DNA of 64,000 nt from Deferribacterales bacterium. GTDB lineage: Bacteria; Chrysiogenota; Deferribacteres; Deferribacterales; Geovibrionaceae. A program made the translations under genes and the position numbers. The notes under the pieces were generated by a model. It made no database searches. It saw only the letters and a program-made list of their open reading frames with translations, and was not told the origin of the DNA. Of the stretch, positions 39,619-48,304 are shown piece by piece (position 1 is the first letter of the stretch; the number at the start of each line of letters is the position of its first letter). The stretch is from the NCBI GenBank assembly GCA_050253075.1, contig JBFWJS010000005.1, positions 142,769 to 206,768 on the forward strand, in the 5' to 3' direction.

Positions 39619-40643
39619 TGGACATGATACACAGCACCAGCATAAAAGACCCATTGAGAAACATCGGCTACAGGACAGGCATCGTCCTCGGGACAAACCG
39701 TGAGGCTGTCACGGCAACAGTGCTGACGGGGGGCAGTGTGCTCACCCTCCCCGTCGTGTATAACTGCCCCGCTGGATACAGCTCCGCAGATGCATTTGCC
39801 GTGGGAGACGATGCCGTTATCAGGCTGTATAAGGGCGAGCCTTCCCATGTGGTAGGATTCCCCCGTACTTCATGGCCGTGCGTGCGCACACCTGCACTGG
39901 TCTTTGAAGCGGAAGAGCCGTACACATACGACACAGAAGCCTTCATACAGCACCCTGCGAAGTTTTACGACAGGTATAAACCGCTGAAGGAATACGAGTG
40001 CGAGGTTGACCACACTTTTTATCTGAACAAATCAAATGCCGCCACAGACGACGCCTTTGTTTCCATAGAGACAGACTGGTACGACGGCGTGTGGAACAGG
40101 TATACAGAGTTCTACTACGGAGCGGAGCTTATCTATACCACGCATAATAATGAAACGGCGGCGCACGTCTTCAACGGCACCAGATCGAATGTATTCGGCA
40201 GATATATAAATCCCCGCACGGGCTGGGGGTGCATGATCTATCAGATAAACACCTTCACCGATTGGAGGCCGAGGGCATCAGGCAGGGTGGACTTCAACTA
40301 TTACCTATACACCTCCACAGGCATAAACATGCCCATAGCATCGGCATATGCAGAGGTGGACAGTGCATCCGCACAGACATACGGACCGGTGATAGGCGAG
40401 GCCTCCTGCACCATGCTTCTGGACAGCTATGCAGGGAACATTATGAAAGCAGACATCACCCTTTGCAGCGGAGGGATGTTCACCTCAGACGGAAGTATAA
40501 ACACCGCCGAGGCAGGCGAAGAGATGAAACACAGCATATGCATCATAACCGAAGGCATGGAAGAACCCTTCACAGAGATATACGGCATAAACACAAAAGA
40601 AATGCCGAGCGAGAACTACAGAATATACGTAAAAAGAAGATAG
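39618..40643 (+). CDS. Hypothetical virion-operon protein (possible OB-fold spike-like N-terminus)
   Basis: TGATG coupling; GIVLG...TATV...LPVVYNCP...FAVGDDAVI...PSHVVGF. Confidence 0.55.
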   Translation: MDMIHSTSIKDPLRNIGYRTGIVLGTNREAVTATVLTGGSVLTLPVVYNCPAGYSSADAFAVGDDAVIRLYKGEPSHVVGFPRTSWPCVRTPALVFEAEEPYTYDTEAFIQHPAKFYDRYKPLKEYECEVDHTFYLNKSNAATDDAFVSIETDWYDGVWNRYTEFYYGAELIYTTHNNETAAHVFNGTRSNVFGRYINPRTGWGCMIYQINTFTDWRPRASGRVDFNYYLYTSTGINMPIASAYAEVDSASAQTYGPVIGEASCTMLLDSYAGNIMKADITLCSGGMFTSDGSINTAEAGEEMKHSICIITEGMEEPFTEIYGINTKEMPSENYRIYVKRR

Positions 40644-40656
40644 AAGGAGAACGGGA

Positions 40657-41871
40657 ATGAGCTATAAAAGCACAAAAGAGATACTGAACGCCGTTTTCGA
40701 CAGCAGTGACGGCACTCTGAAAACAACCTATAAGACCGAGGGCGAGGTCTTTAACCTTGTCTATGACGAGGATGCCAACGCTCTGCGGGTGAACATCGAA
40801 GGATTCACCGGAGGCACAGGGGGGATAATCGACGGCGAGGCAGCCACATTCGCAGACCTGCCCGCCGCATCAGAACACGCAGGTGATATATATATTGTAC
40901 ACGCCACCACTGGCGTGATGCTGATAAACCGCAGACAGGCGGGGATGTACCGCTCGGACGGCACTTCATGGAGCCTGCTCGACGTGAACCTGTCTGCCGA
41001 CAAAGTATACTATACGGGCACACTGACATCAGAAAATGTGCTGGACGCACTGGAAGAGCTTAATACCGCAAAAGCAGAGATGATATATTCCAGCGTCACG
41101 CTGAATGTCGCCAATTCAGGCGGAGACTTTGCAAGCCTGAACGATGCGCTGGCTTATCTGAATAATTACCGCCTCGCTCCGAATGTGACAGTCACCATCC
41201 AGATAGCAGACGGTACTTATGCCGTTACAAACACAATCAATCCCAATCACCCTGATTTATCTAATATAAGGATAACGGGAAACACCACCGACCATACAAA
41301 AGTGATACTGGACTGCTCAGATATAAGCGTCGGTATAAGTCTCACTGATGGCGTTGTATGCTATATGGGGGGCTTCACAATCATAGGCTGCACAACTGGT
41401 CTTATGGTAGGAAATGGTGCCACTGCTAGATTATTATATACATTTGAGTGCAGTTACTGCTCCACAGGGGTATATGCGCTATACCACGGCTGTATAATAG
41501 CCTCAGCACTTATAGCTAGTAATAACACTTTGAGAGGTGTGTTCCTTTTAAGATCTTCAAATATGACTGTTACAGGTAATTGTATAATTGATAACAACGG
41601 TAGTGACGGCATAAAACTTCAGGAAAACTCCAAAGCGAATCTTCGCGGTTCTAGCATAGAAAACGGTAGTATCTCAAATAATGGCGGCAGCGGAGTCTAC
41701 TGTGTATCACAAGGAGAAGTGTTTACATACAATATGACCATAGACGGTAACGGCAGCTATGACATAATTGCAAACGATCTTTCTAACGTATTTGCCCAAA
41801 GTTGTGTTTACAGCACACTATCCCCTAATCTCAGAACAGTAGGAAATGACAACTCATATATTTTAGCGTAG
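40657..41871 (+). CDS. Tail spike/receptor-binding protein with right-handed beta-helix
   Basis: ATFADLPAAS..AGDIYIV, GDFASLNDAL..IQIADGTY, NNG..G repeats. Confidence 0.7.
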   Translation: MSYKSTKEILNAVFDSSDGTLKTTYKTEGEVFNLVYDEDANALRVNIEGFTGGTGGIIDGEAATFADLPAASEHAGDIYIVHATTGVMLINRRQAGMYRSDGTSWSLLDVNLSADKVYYTGTLTSENVLDALEELNTAKAEMIYSSVTLNVANSGGDFASLNDALAYLNNYRLAPNVTVTIQIADGTYAVTNTINPNHPDLSNIRITGNTTDHTKVILDCSDISVGISLTDGVVCYMGGFTIIGCTTGLMVGNGATARLLYTFECSYCSTGVYALYHGCIIASALIASNNTLRGVFLLRSSNMTVTGNCIIDNNGSDGIKLQENSKANLRGSSIENGSISNNGGSGVYCVSQGEVFTYNMTIDGNGSYDIIANDLSNVFAQSCVYSTLSPNLRTVGNDNSYILA

Positions 41872-41878
41872 GTGATTC

Positions 41879-42193
41879 ATGAAAGTATTTATAAAAAATG
41901 ACAAAATTATCGCAACACACGGAAACGAACAAAACGTCATATACAATGAAGCAGTATGTATATACTGCTCCGAAGGAACAAGAGCTGAATTTGACAAGCC
42001 CTTCAGCGAACAGGGGATACAGCCCCTTTCAAATGCCGAGGTAAGGAGCATAAGGTATAAGCTGGAGTCGGACCCTCTCTTTGAAGCGGCACGAAATGAA
42101 GCGATATACGACGGCACTGAACCCGACTATACGAAAGCCATAGCAAAGGCCGCAGAGATAAAAGCCGACCTGCCCATAGACGGGGAGGCATGA
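41879..42193 (+). CDS. Putative tail fibre assembly chaperone
   Basis: Follows spike gene; RSIRYKLESDPLF...AEIKADLP. Confidence 0.55.
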   Translation: MKVFIKNDKIIATHGNEQNVIYNEAVCIYCSEGTRAEFDKPFSEQGIQPLSNAEVRSIRYKLESDPLFEAARNEAIYDGTEPDYTKAIAKAAEIKADLPIDGEA

Positions 42194-42426
42194 TGACCAT
42201 AGAGATATCAGACATCATACAGACACTGGGGAGCATAGCGAGCCTTGTGCTCATCCCCATATGGCGCTCCATCAATGCACTGCGGGAAAGCCAGAACAAA
42301 ACGAACATAATCCTGGCTCGTGACTACGTGAGCAAAAAGGAGTGCCGGGAGAGGCACGGACAGCTCCACAGCGACATGATAAGGATACACGCACGCATAG
42401 ACGAGACAACGGATAAAAAGTATTAA
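42190..42426 (+). CDS. Small holin-like membrane protein
   Basis: 78 aa, one N-terminal hydrophobic helix then charged tail; last gene of virion operon. Confidence 0.45.
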   Translation: MMTIEISDIIQTLGSIASLVLIPIWRSINALRESQNKTNIILARDYVSKKECRERHGQLHSDMIRIHARIDETTDKKY

Positions 42427-42600
42427 TCCCTTACCGGAGGGCAGTTTCAAGATTCGCCCGATATGAAATTGTCCTCTTTTTAATCATTTGCCTATTTTTT
42501 AACCACCACCTGAACACTATTTATTCATCATTTAAATATTTAACTAACCTCAAAGCCCGAATATGGCTTTATGAGAACAATAAAGGCTATGACAGTTTTT

Positions 42601-42616
42601 TGGCACAGCTTTTGTT
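42601..42616 (+). promoter_or_regulatory. Sigma-54-like promoter of glnK-amtB
   Basis: TGGCAC-AGCTT-TTGTT (consensus TGGCAC-N5-TTGC, one mismatch at -12). Confidence 0.6.
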
Positions 42617-42630
42617 ATATAAATAGGTGA

Positions 42631-42996
<366 letters not shown>

Positions 42997-43016
42997 GTAA
43001 GGGAGGAACCTTAGAA

Positions 43017-44345
43017 ATGTTTAGAAAAATACTCACAACACTCATGATCACAGGTCTTGCAGCTACAGCTTTTGCTGATGAACCTGTTACGCTCGAGTCA
43101 CTCAGCAATGACATTGCAGCCGTGCAGGCCAATGCTGACTGGCTTTGGACACTCATTGCTGCTTTCATGGTTTTCTTTATGCAGCTCGGTTTTGCTATGG
43201 TTGAATCCGGCTTCACAAGAGCTAAAAACGCAGTTAACATCATTATGAAGAACCTGATGGACTTCTCCATCGGTGCACTCGCTTTCTGGGCAGTTGGTTT
43301 TGCTCTTATGTTCGGTACTACTACTACTGGTTTTTTTGGAACAGAAGGCTTCTTCATCTCTAACTGGGACATGCAGGACAACTGGACACTTTGCTTCTGG
43401 ATCTTCCAGACAGTGTTCTGTGCTACTGCTGCTACTATCGTTTCCGGAGCTATTGCTGAAAGAGCAAACTTTAAAGCCTACATCCTTTTCTCTGCTATCA
43501 TGACAGCGGTTATCTACCCTGTTTTCGGAAGCTGGGCATGGGGTTCACTTTTCCACGGCGAAGGCTGGCTTGAAAAAGTAGGCTTCATCGATTTCGCAGG
43601 CTCTACTGTTGTTCACTCTATCGGTGGCTGGGCTGCTCTTGCAGGCGCTATCGTTCTCGGACCTAGAATCGGTAAATACGGCAAAGACGGCAAGCCAAAG
43701 GCTATCCCCGGCCACAACATCCCAATCGCTACAATCGGTGTATTCGTACTCTGGTTCGGCTGGTATGGATTCAACGTTGGTTCTGAGACAGCTGCTGACA
43801 CTGCTCTGCCTCTCATCGCTGTAAACACAACACTTGCACCTGCTGCGGCTATCATGTCTGCTATGTGGCTCACATACCTCTTTTACAAGAAGTTCGATGC
43901 AGGTATGTCACTCAACGGTGCTCTTGCAGGTCTCGTCGGTATCACAGCAGGCTGTGCTAACGTAACACCCGGCTACTCTATCATCATCGGTCTTATCGCC
44001 GGTGTTATAGTTGTACTTTCCGTACAGTTCTTCGAGAAGATCAAAGTGGACGACCCTGTCGGCGCTATCTCCGTACACGGCGTATGCGGTGCATGGGGTA
44101 CACTTGCTGCAGGTCTCTTTAACTACAACTTTGAAACCGGTGCTCTTGAGCCTGTTCTTATGTCTCAGATAATCGGTATAGCTGCTGCTTTCGCTTGGTC
44201 TTTCCCTGTATCATTCATCGTATTTAAGATCGTTAACGTGATCACAAAAGTACGTGTATCTGAGCAGGAAGAACTCGAAGGCCTCGACTTCCACGAACAC
44301 GGAATCGATGCTTACCCAGAGTACAGCAGATCCTACATCAAATAA
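43017..44345 (+). CDS. amtB: Ammonium transporter
   Basis: FMQLGFAMVESG, DFAGSTVVH, WFGWYGFN, DDPVGAISVHG, ELEGLD. Confidence 0.95.
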   Translation: MFRKILTTLMITGLAATAFADEPVTLESLSNDIAAVQANADWLWTLIAAFMVFFMQLGFAMVESGFTRAKNAVNIIMKNLMDFSIGALAFWAVGFALMFGTTTTGFFGTEGFFISNWDMQDNWTLCFWIFQTVFCATAATIVSGAIAERANFKAYILFSAIMTAVIYPVFGSWAWGSLFHGEGWLEKVGFIDFAGSTVVHSIGGWAALAGAIVLGPRIGKYGKDGKPKAIPGHNIPIATIGVFVLWFGWYGFNVGSETAADTALPLIAVNTTLAPAAAIMSAMWLTYLFYKKFDAGMSLNGALAGLVGITAGCANVTPGYSIIIGLIAGVIVVLSVQFFEKIKVDDPVGAISVHGVCGAWGTLAAGLFNYNFETGALEPVLMSQIIGIAAAFAWSFPVSFIVFKIVNVITKVRVSEQEELEGLDFHEHGIDAYPEYSRSYIK

Positions 44346-44386
44346 GACACGTTTGACATATATGTTATCCATTTGGGTAACCTTCC

Positions 44387-44414
44387 AAGGCCTCGCTTTA
44401 TGCGGGGCCTTTTT
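44387..44414 (+). terminator. Intrinsic terminator after amtB
   Basis: AAGGCCTCGC-TTTAT-GCGGGGCCTTTTT. Confidence 0.8.
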
Positions 44415-44539
44415 AGTTGGCATATCAATATAACTAAACTCTGGTAATCTCAGAATCCAAATCAGCATTAAGGAATGAGTTGCTTATTTCGTTCTTTAGC
44501 AAGGATAAAATTTCGACAGCCACAGCATATGCAAAAAGC

Positions 44540-44669
44540 GTCACTGCGAAGCCCGCAGGGCTGTGGCACTAGCCGAAGGCTGTACGAGTCCATGACAGTT
44601 ATTGCCGAGATAGTCTTAGTTAAAACTTTTACCCTAAGATTGCTTCGTCATTACATTCCTCGCAATGAC
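44540..44669. repeat. REP-like palindromic element, related subfamily
   Basis: GTCACTGCGAAG...AGATTGCTTCG...CTCGCAATGAC; complementary ends. Confidence 0.65.
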
Positions 44670-44771
44670 TTTCAGGCTATAAGGCTGTGATTTGCTCATT
44701 CATCCACGCATAAATGCGTGGTGTTCTACTCGCTGTGTGCATGCAGCTAAAACTAGAGTCTGCTACCGCAT

Positions 44772-44803
44772 AAAAAAAGGCTGCCCGTATGAGCAGCCCT
44801 TTT
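44772..44803 (-). terminator. Intrinsic (possibly bidirectional) terminator
   Basis: A7-GGCTGC-loop-GCAGCC-CTTTT. Confidence 0.7.
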
Positions 44804-44836
44804 AATGGTTTAAGTTTAAGTAAGTATATTCGAGTA

Positions 44837-45655
44837 TTATAATTTGACAGCGTGCCAATGCAGCTTATACAGTCTGCAACCCGCCGCGAGCTCTGCTCCG
44901 CCCTTATAAGTGACAGGAGCACCCGCACCGACCTCAGGAGCCATGATAATGCCTCCGTCAGAAGTAAACGCTCTCATAAACTTCAATGAATCAGTATCAA
45001 AGTATAATACGACATCTCTGTCATCTATCTGATCAACTGTTACCTTTTCGATATAAAGGATATCTGTTTCATTGACCTTTGGTGCAAATCTTCCGTCGTT
45101 TACATAAACCCAGAAAGCACCCTTTTCAAGTTCACATCTGCCGTCTTCAACGTCGGCAAGAGTGACATCGATGCCGGGCTCTGATGGTTCATAGACCACC
45201 GCTTCACCTTCGGCAGCGGCACTTACTTCGCCCTGCTCAAAGGAATAGCCCTCTTCTTCACCGATAAGATCCGAAACGCTGCATGTCAGACATGTAGCGA
45301 GATTTTCGATTAAATCTCTTTCAAATTCGCCATATCCAAGCTCCATCCTCGTAAGAGCCTGAACATCTATTTTAGCTACAGCAGCCAGATCGTTTTTAGA
45401 GAAACCCCTTTTCTCTCTCATTTTTTTAATGTTTTCGCCGGTCTCTTTTGTATTCTTGATGTTGTCGCCATAGGCGAAGTAGTCAAGTTTCACTTCCAGA
45501 AATCTGGCAATTCTTGAAAGTGTTTCGAGATCCGGTTCTCTGCTGCCGCTAAGGTAATTTGAAAGTCGAGAAGGAGACAGACCCACAGCTCTACAAACGT
45601 CGACCTGCTTGATCCCCTTGCGTTTAATCAATTTCCTAATCTTGTTTCCCAACAT
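44837..45655 (-). CDS. Double XRE-HTH regulator with degenerate S24-like C-terminal domain
   Basis: LGNKIRKL..GIKQ..SRLSNYLSGSREPD and GENIKKMREKRGFSK..LTRMELG; C-terminal AFWVYV....APKVNETDILYI. Confidence 0.8.
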   Translation of the reverse strand: MLGNKIRKLIKRKGIKQVDVCRAVGLSPSRLSNYLSGSREPDLETLSRIARFLEVKLDYFAYGDNIKNTKETGENIKKMREKRGFSKNDLAAVAKIDVQALTRMELGYGEFERDLIENLATCLTCSVSDLIGEEEGYSFEQGEVSAAAEGEAVVYEPSEPGIDVTLADVEDGRCELEKGAFWVYVNDGRFAPKVNETDILYIEKVTVDQIDDRDVVLYFDTDSLKFMRAFTSDGGIIMAPEVGAGAPVTYKGGAELAAGCRLYKLHWHAVKL

Positions 45656-45994
45656 GGTTACATAGTACCTCAATATTCTTACTCAGTAAATCAACTATTC
45701 GAAAAAGAGCACAACGCACTATACATTACGTGTACGTATTTTCACATATAACAGGCTGATAAACTTGTGGTACACAAAATTGAAGCAAGCGATACAAAAT
45801 AATGAACCAATTACACTCTAAGCTAATTGTGTTAGCAAATATAATATTCATTATGATATTTTTCACAATGTTTTTTTAAACGTTAAGTTTAAGTTTTGTG
45901 ATCAAATTTTAAGCCCGAATTTAATTACCGACAAATGTTAAATAGCCCACATATATTTTGGAGACATTTTCATTTTTTAATGCTATTTAAATTC

Positions 45995-46432
45995 ATGATC
46001 AAGAGGTTAAGGGTAAAGATCAGAAAGATACTTCTGCTGGACTGTCCGCCGAGCCGAATAGCTGCGGCGTCCGCTCTCGGTGTGGTCGTAGGATTCTCCC
46101 CCTACATAGGCTTTCACACAGTCATCGCTATAGGTCTGTCCTTTATCTTCAATCTGCCTTTGTATCCGCTGATAGTCGGTGCGTATATAACAAATCCGCT
46201 GACATTCATCCCTGTTTATACAGCCTGCTACAAATTCGGCGAGCTGATAACCGGGCAGACGGCGGAGATGCCCGTCAACTTTACAGAGATGTCTCTGACC
46301 ACTGTTTTAACCACGGCTAAGACCTTTATTGTCCCTTTTTTCGTCGGAGCACATTTGCTGGGCTTGATTCTTGGCTCAATTACATATATTCTGGCTTATT
46401 ACTTAGTTAAAAAGTACAAGGATAGTGTTTAG
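45995..46432 (+). CDS. DUF2062-like membrane protein
   Basis: PPSRIAAASALGV..GFSP.IGFHT, ITNPLTFIP. Confidence 0.75.
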   Translation: MIKRLRVKIRKILLLDCPPSRIAAASALGVVVGFSPYIGFHTVIAIGLSFIFNLPLYPLIVGAYITNPLTFIPVYTACYKFGELITGQTAEMPVNFTEMSLTTVLTTAKTFIVPFFVGAHLLGLILGSITYILAYYLVKKYKDSV

Positions 46433-46434
46433 GT

Positions 46435-47319
46435 ATGGCAGAGATTCTCGCAGTAGCCAGCGGAAAAGGCGGCGTAGGGAAAAGTTTCTTCTCTTCAAAT
46501 GTTTCAATGTCTTTAAAATACGCAGGCAACGACATACTTCTGGTGGATGCCGACCTCGGCGGAGCAAATCTGCATGACTTTATCGGTCTGAAGGTGCCCG
46601 GTCTCGGTCTGTATGAATTCCTCAAGGATAAAGTGGATATCAATAAGGTGATAACGAGCTCCCCTGCGGGCGTTGATTTCATCGGCGGATCCAGCGATGT
46701 CCTCGGCATTGCCCACATCACAAACTTTGAAAAGATGAAAGTGCTGAATAAACTTAAGGCACTTGATTATAAATATGTCCTGCTCGACCTCGGTGCAGGG
46801 ACAAGTTTTAACACGGTAGACTTTTTTAACTTTGCAGATAAAAAAATAGTTATTATGAATTCCGAGCCGACATCAATTGAGAACTCTTACGGTTTTCTCA
46901 AGGTCGCATTATATAGAAAGATAGAGCTGCATCTCAGGAAAAATCCAAACGCAGCAGACATCTGTAAGAAGCTGCATACAAAGAGCATGCAGTTCCCTAA
47001 CATACACGCAATATTCAAAGAACTGCAGGCTGCAGACCAGACTGCGCTGGACGAAGTGCGTGAAATTGTTGACGGATTTAAGGTCGGAATTATATTAAAT
47101 CTCATAAAAACAAGAAAAGAGCTTAATGTATTTTACGGATTTGAAAGCATCACGAAAAAATATCTTGGTATTAATATTGAAAAATTAGGTTTTATACCAT
47201 ATGATATAAGCGTAAGTGAAAGTATAAAGCTTATTAAGCCGTACTATTTAAATAATATGAAAAGTGATGTGTCCAAATGCATAGACGACATCAGAAGCCA
47301 CATCATAACAAAGCTTTGA
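46435..47319 (+). CDS. MinD/FlhG-like ATPase
   Basis: SGKGGVGKS, VDADLGGANL, DLGAGT, EPTSIENSYGF. Confidence 0.85.
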   Translation: MAEILAVASGKGGVGKSFFSSNVSMSLKYAGNDILLVDADLGGANLHDFIGLKVPGLGLYEFLKDKVDINKVITSSPAGVDFIGGSSDVLGIAHITNFEKMKVLNKLKALDYKYVLLDLGAGTSFNTVDFFNFADKKIVIMNSEPTSIENSYGFLKVALYRKIELHLRKNPNAADICKKLHTKSMQFPNIHAIFKELQAADQTALDEVREIVDGFKVGIILNLIKTRKELNVFYGFESITKKYLGINIEKLGFIPYDISVSESIKLIKPYYLNNMKSDVSKCIDDIRSHIITKL

Positions 47320-47329
47320 GAGGTGCTAG

Positions 47330-48304
47330 GTGAGCAATCTCCAGCCAATAGGCGAACTTGATTACGACGATATCGGACAAAGAGAGGGGATGGAAGTTAT
47401 CCAGCTTGTTGGACTCAAGCTCGGTGACGAAGAATATGCCATCGACGTGCTGAAGATCCAGGAGATCATCAGAACAGTCGAGATCACATCTGTTCCCCGT
47501 ACAGAAGCTTTTGTCCTCGGCGTCATGAACCTTAGAGGTAAGGTTATCCCTGTTATAGACCTCAGGGTCAGATTTTCTCTGGATAAGATGGACTTCGATA
47601 AAGAAACAAGAATCATCGTTGTCAGATTCGAAACAGAGAATATAGGCTTTGTTGTTGACGAAGTTACAGAAGTAATACGCATTAATAAAAGCATGGTAGA
47701 ACCCACACCGCCGCTTGTCGGCTCCGTGGGTCAGGAATATATACTCGGTATATGCAAATACGCCGAGAGACTCATCATCCTCCTCGACATCGACAGCGTC
47801 GTCACAGACGACAAAGGCATAGAGTCAGACCTTAAGAGACAGATCTTAGGTCAGATGGCACTCCCTTCTGCCGAGCAGAACTATCAGCAGGTAGCCGCTG
47901 CAGTTGAGCAGGAATACGCAGAACCCGAAGAAGCAGACGAACCTGCGGCTATCGGTACCGATGCAGATGAATCCGCTTTCGAAGAAGGTTCCGCAGATGA
48001 CGAAGTCGGTGCATCCATCGATGACCTCATCGCTCTCGAGCTCGCTAAACGTGAAGCAGAGACCGACGAACTGAATAAAAAGAAAAGCGACGAAACTTCG
48101 GACGAAGATTCAAAAAAAAAATCTGACGAAGTAGCCACAGCCGACCTTGACGACATCCTTAACGACGCCCTTAACCAGAGCGGCAGCCAGATGGAGTCAG
48201 AGGAAGGACACGTTGAGCAGATGGAGCTCGATGACCTCATCGCTCTTGAGCTTGCAAAACGTGAGGCCGAAACAGACGCTATCAATAAGAAAAAAAAAAA
48301 GTAA
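47330..48304 (+). CDS. cheW: CheW-domain protein with acidic tail, ending in an A11 run
   Basis: EEYAIDVLKIQEII, VLGVMNLRGKVIPVIDLR, GFVVDEVTEV. Confidence 0.88.
   Translation: MSNLQPIGELDYDDIGQREGMEVIQLVGLKLGDEEYAIDVLKIQEIIRTVEITSVPRTEAFVLGVMNLRGKVIPVIDLRVRFSLDKMDFDKETRIIVVRFETENIGFVVDEVTEVIRINKSMVEPTPPLVGSVGQEYILGICKYAERLIILLDIDSVVTDDKGIESDLKRQILGQMALPSAEQNYQQVAAAVEQEYAEPEEADEPAAIGTDADESAFEEGSADDEVGASIDDLIALELAKREAETDELNKKKSDETSDEDSKKKSDEVATADLDDILNDALNQSGSQMESEEGHVEQMELDDLIALELAKREAETDAINKKKKK

Noticed and set aside
17432..42426. A single intact inducible prophage
   Set aside because: Interval contains ftsY and other host genes; modules are oppositely oriented; no integrase, transposase, replication genes or att repeats seen
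30344..42426. Tailocin, contractile injection system or encapsulin
   Set aside because: Has capsid, protease, portal and terminase but no recognisable sheath or tube; the capsid is in a phage head context, not a cargo-enzyme operon
40657..42426. Diversity-generating retroelement or invertible tail-fibre cassette
   Set aside because: No reverse transcriptase, invertase or template/variable repeat pair seen
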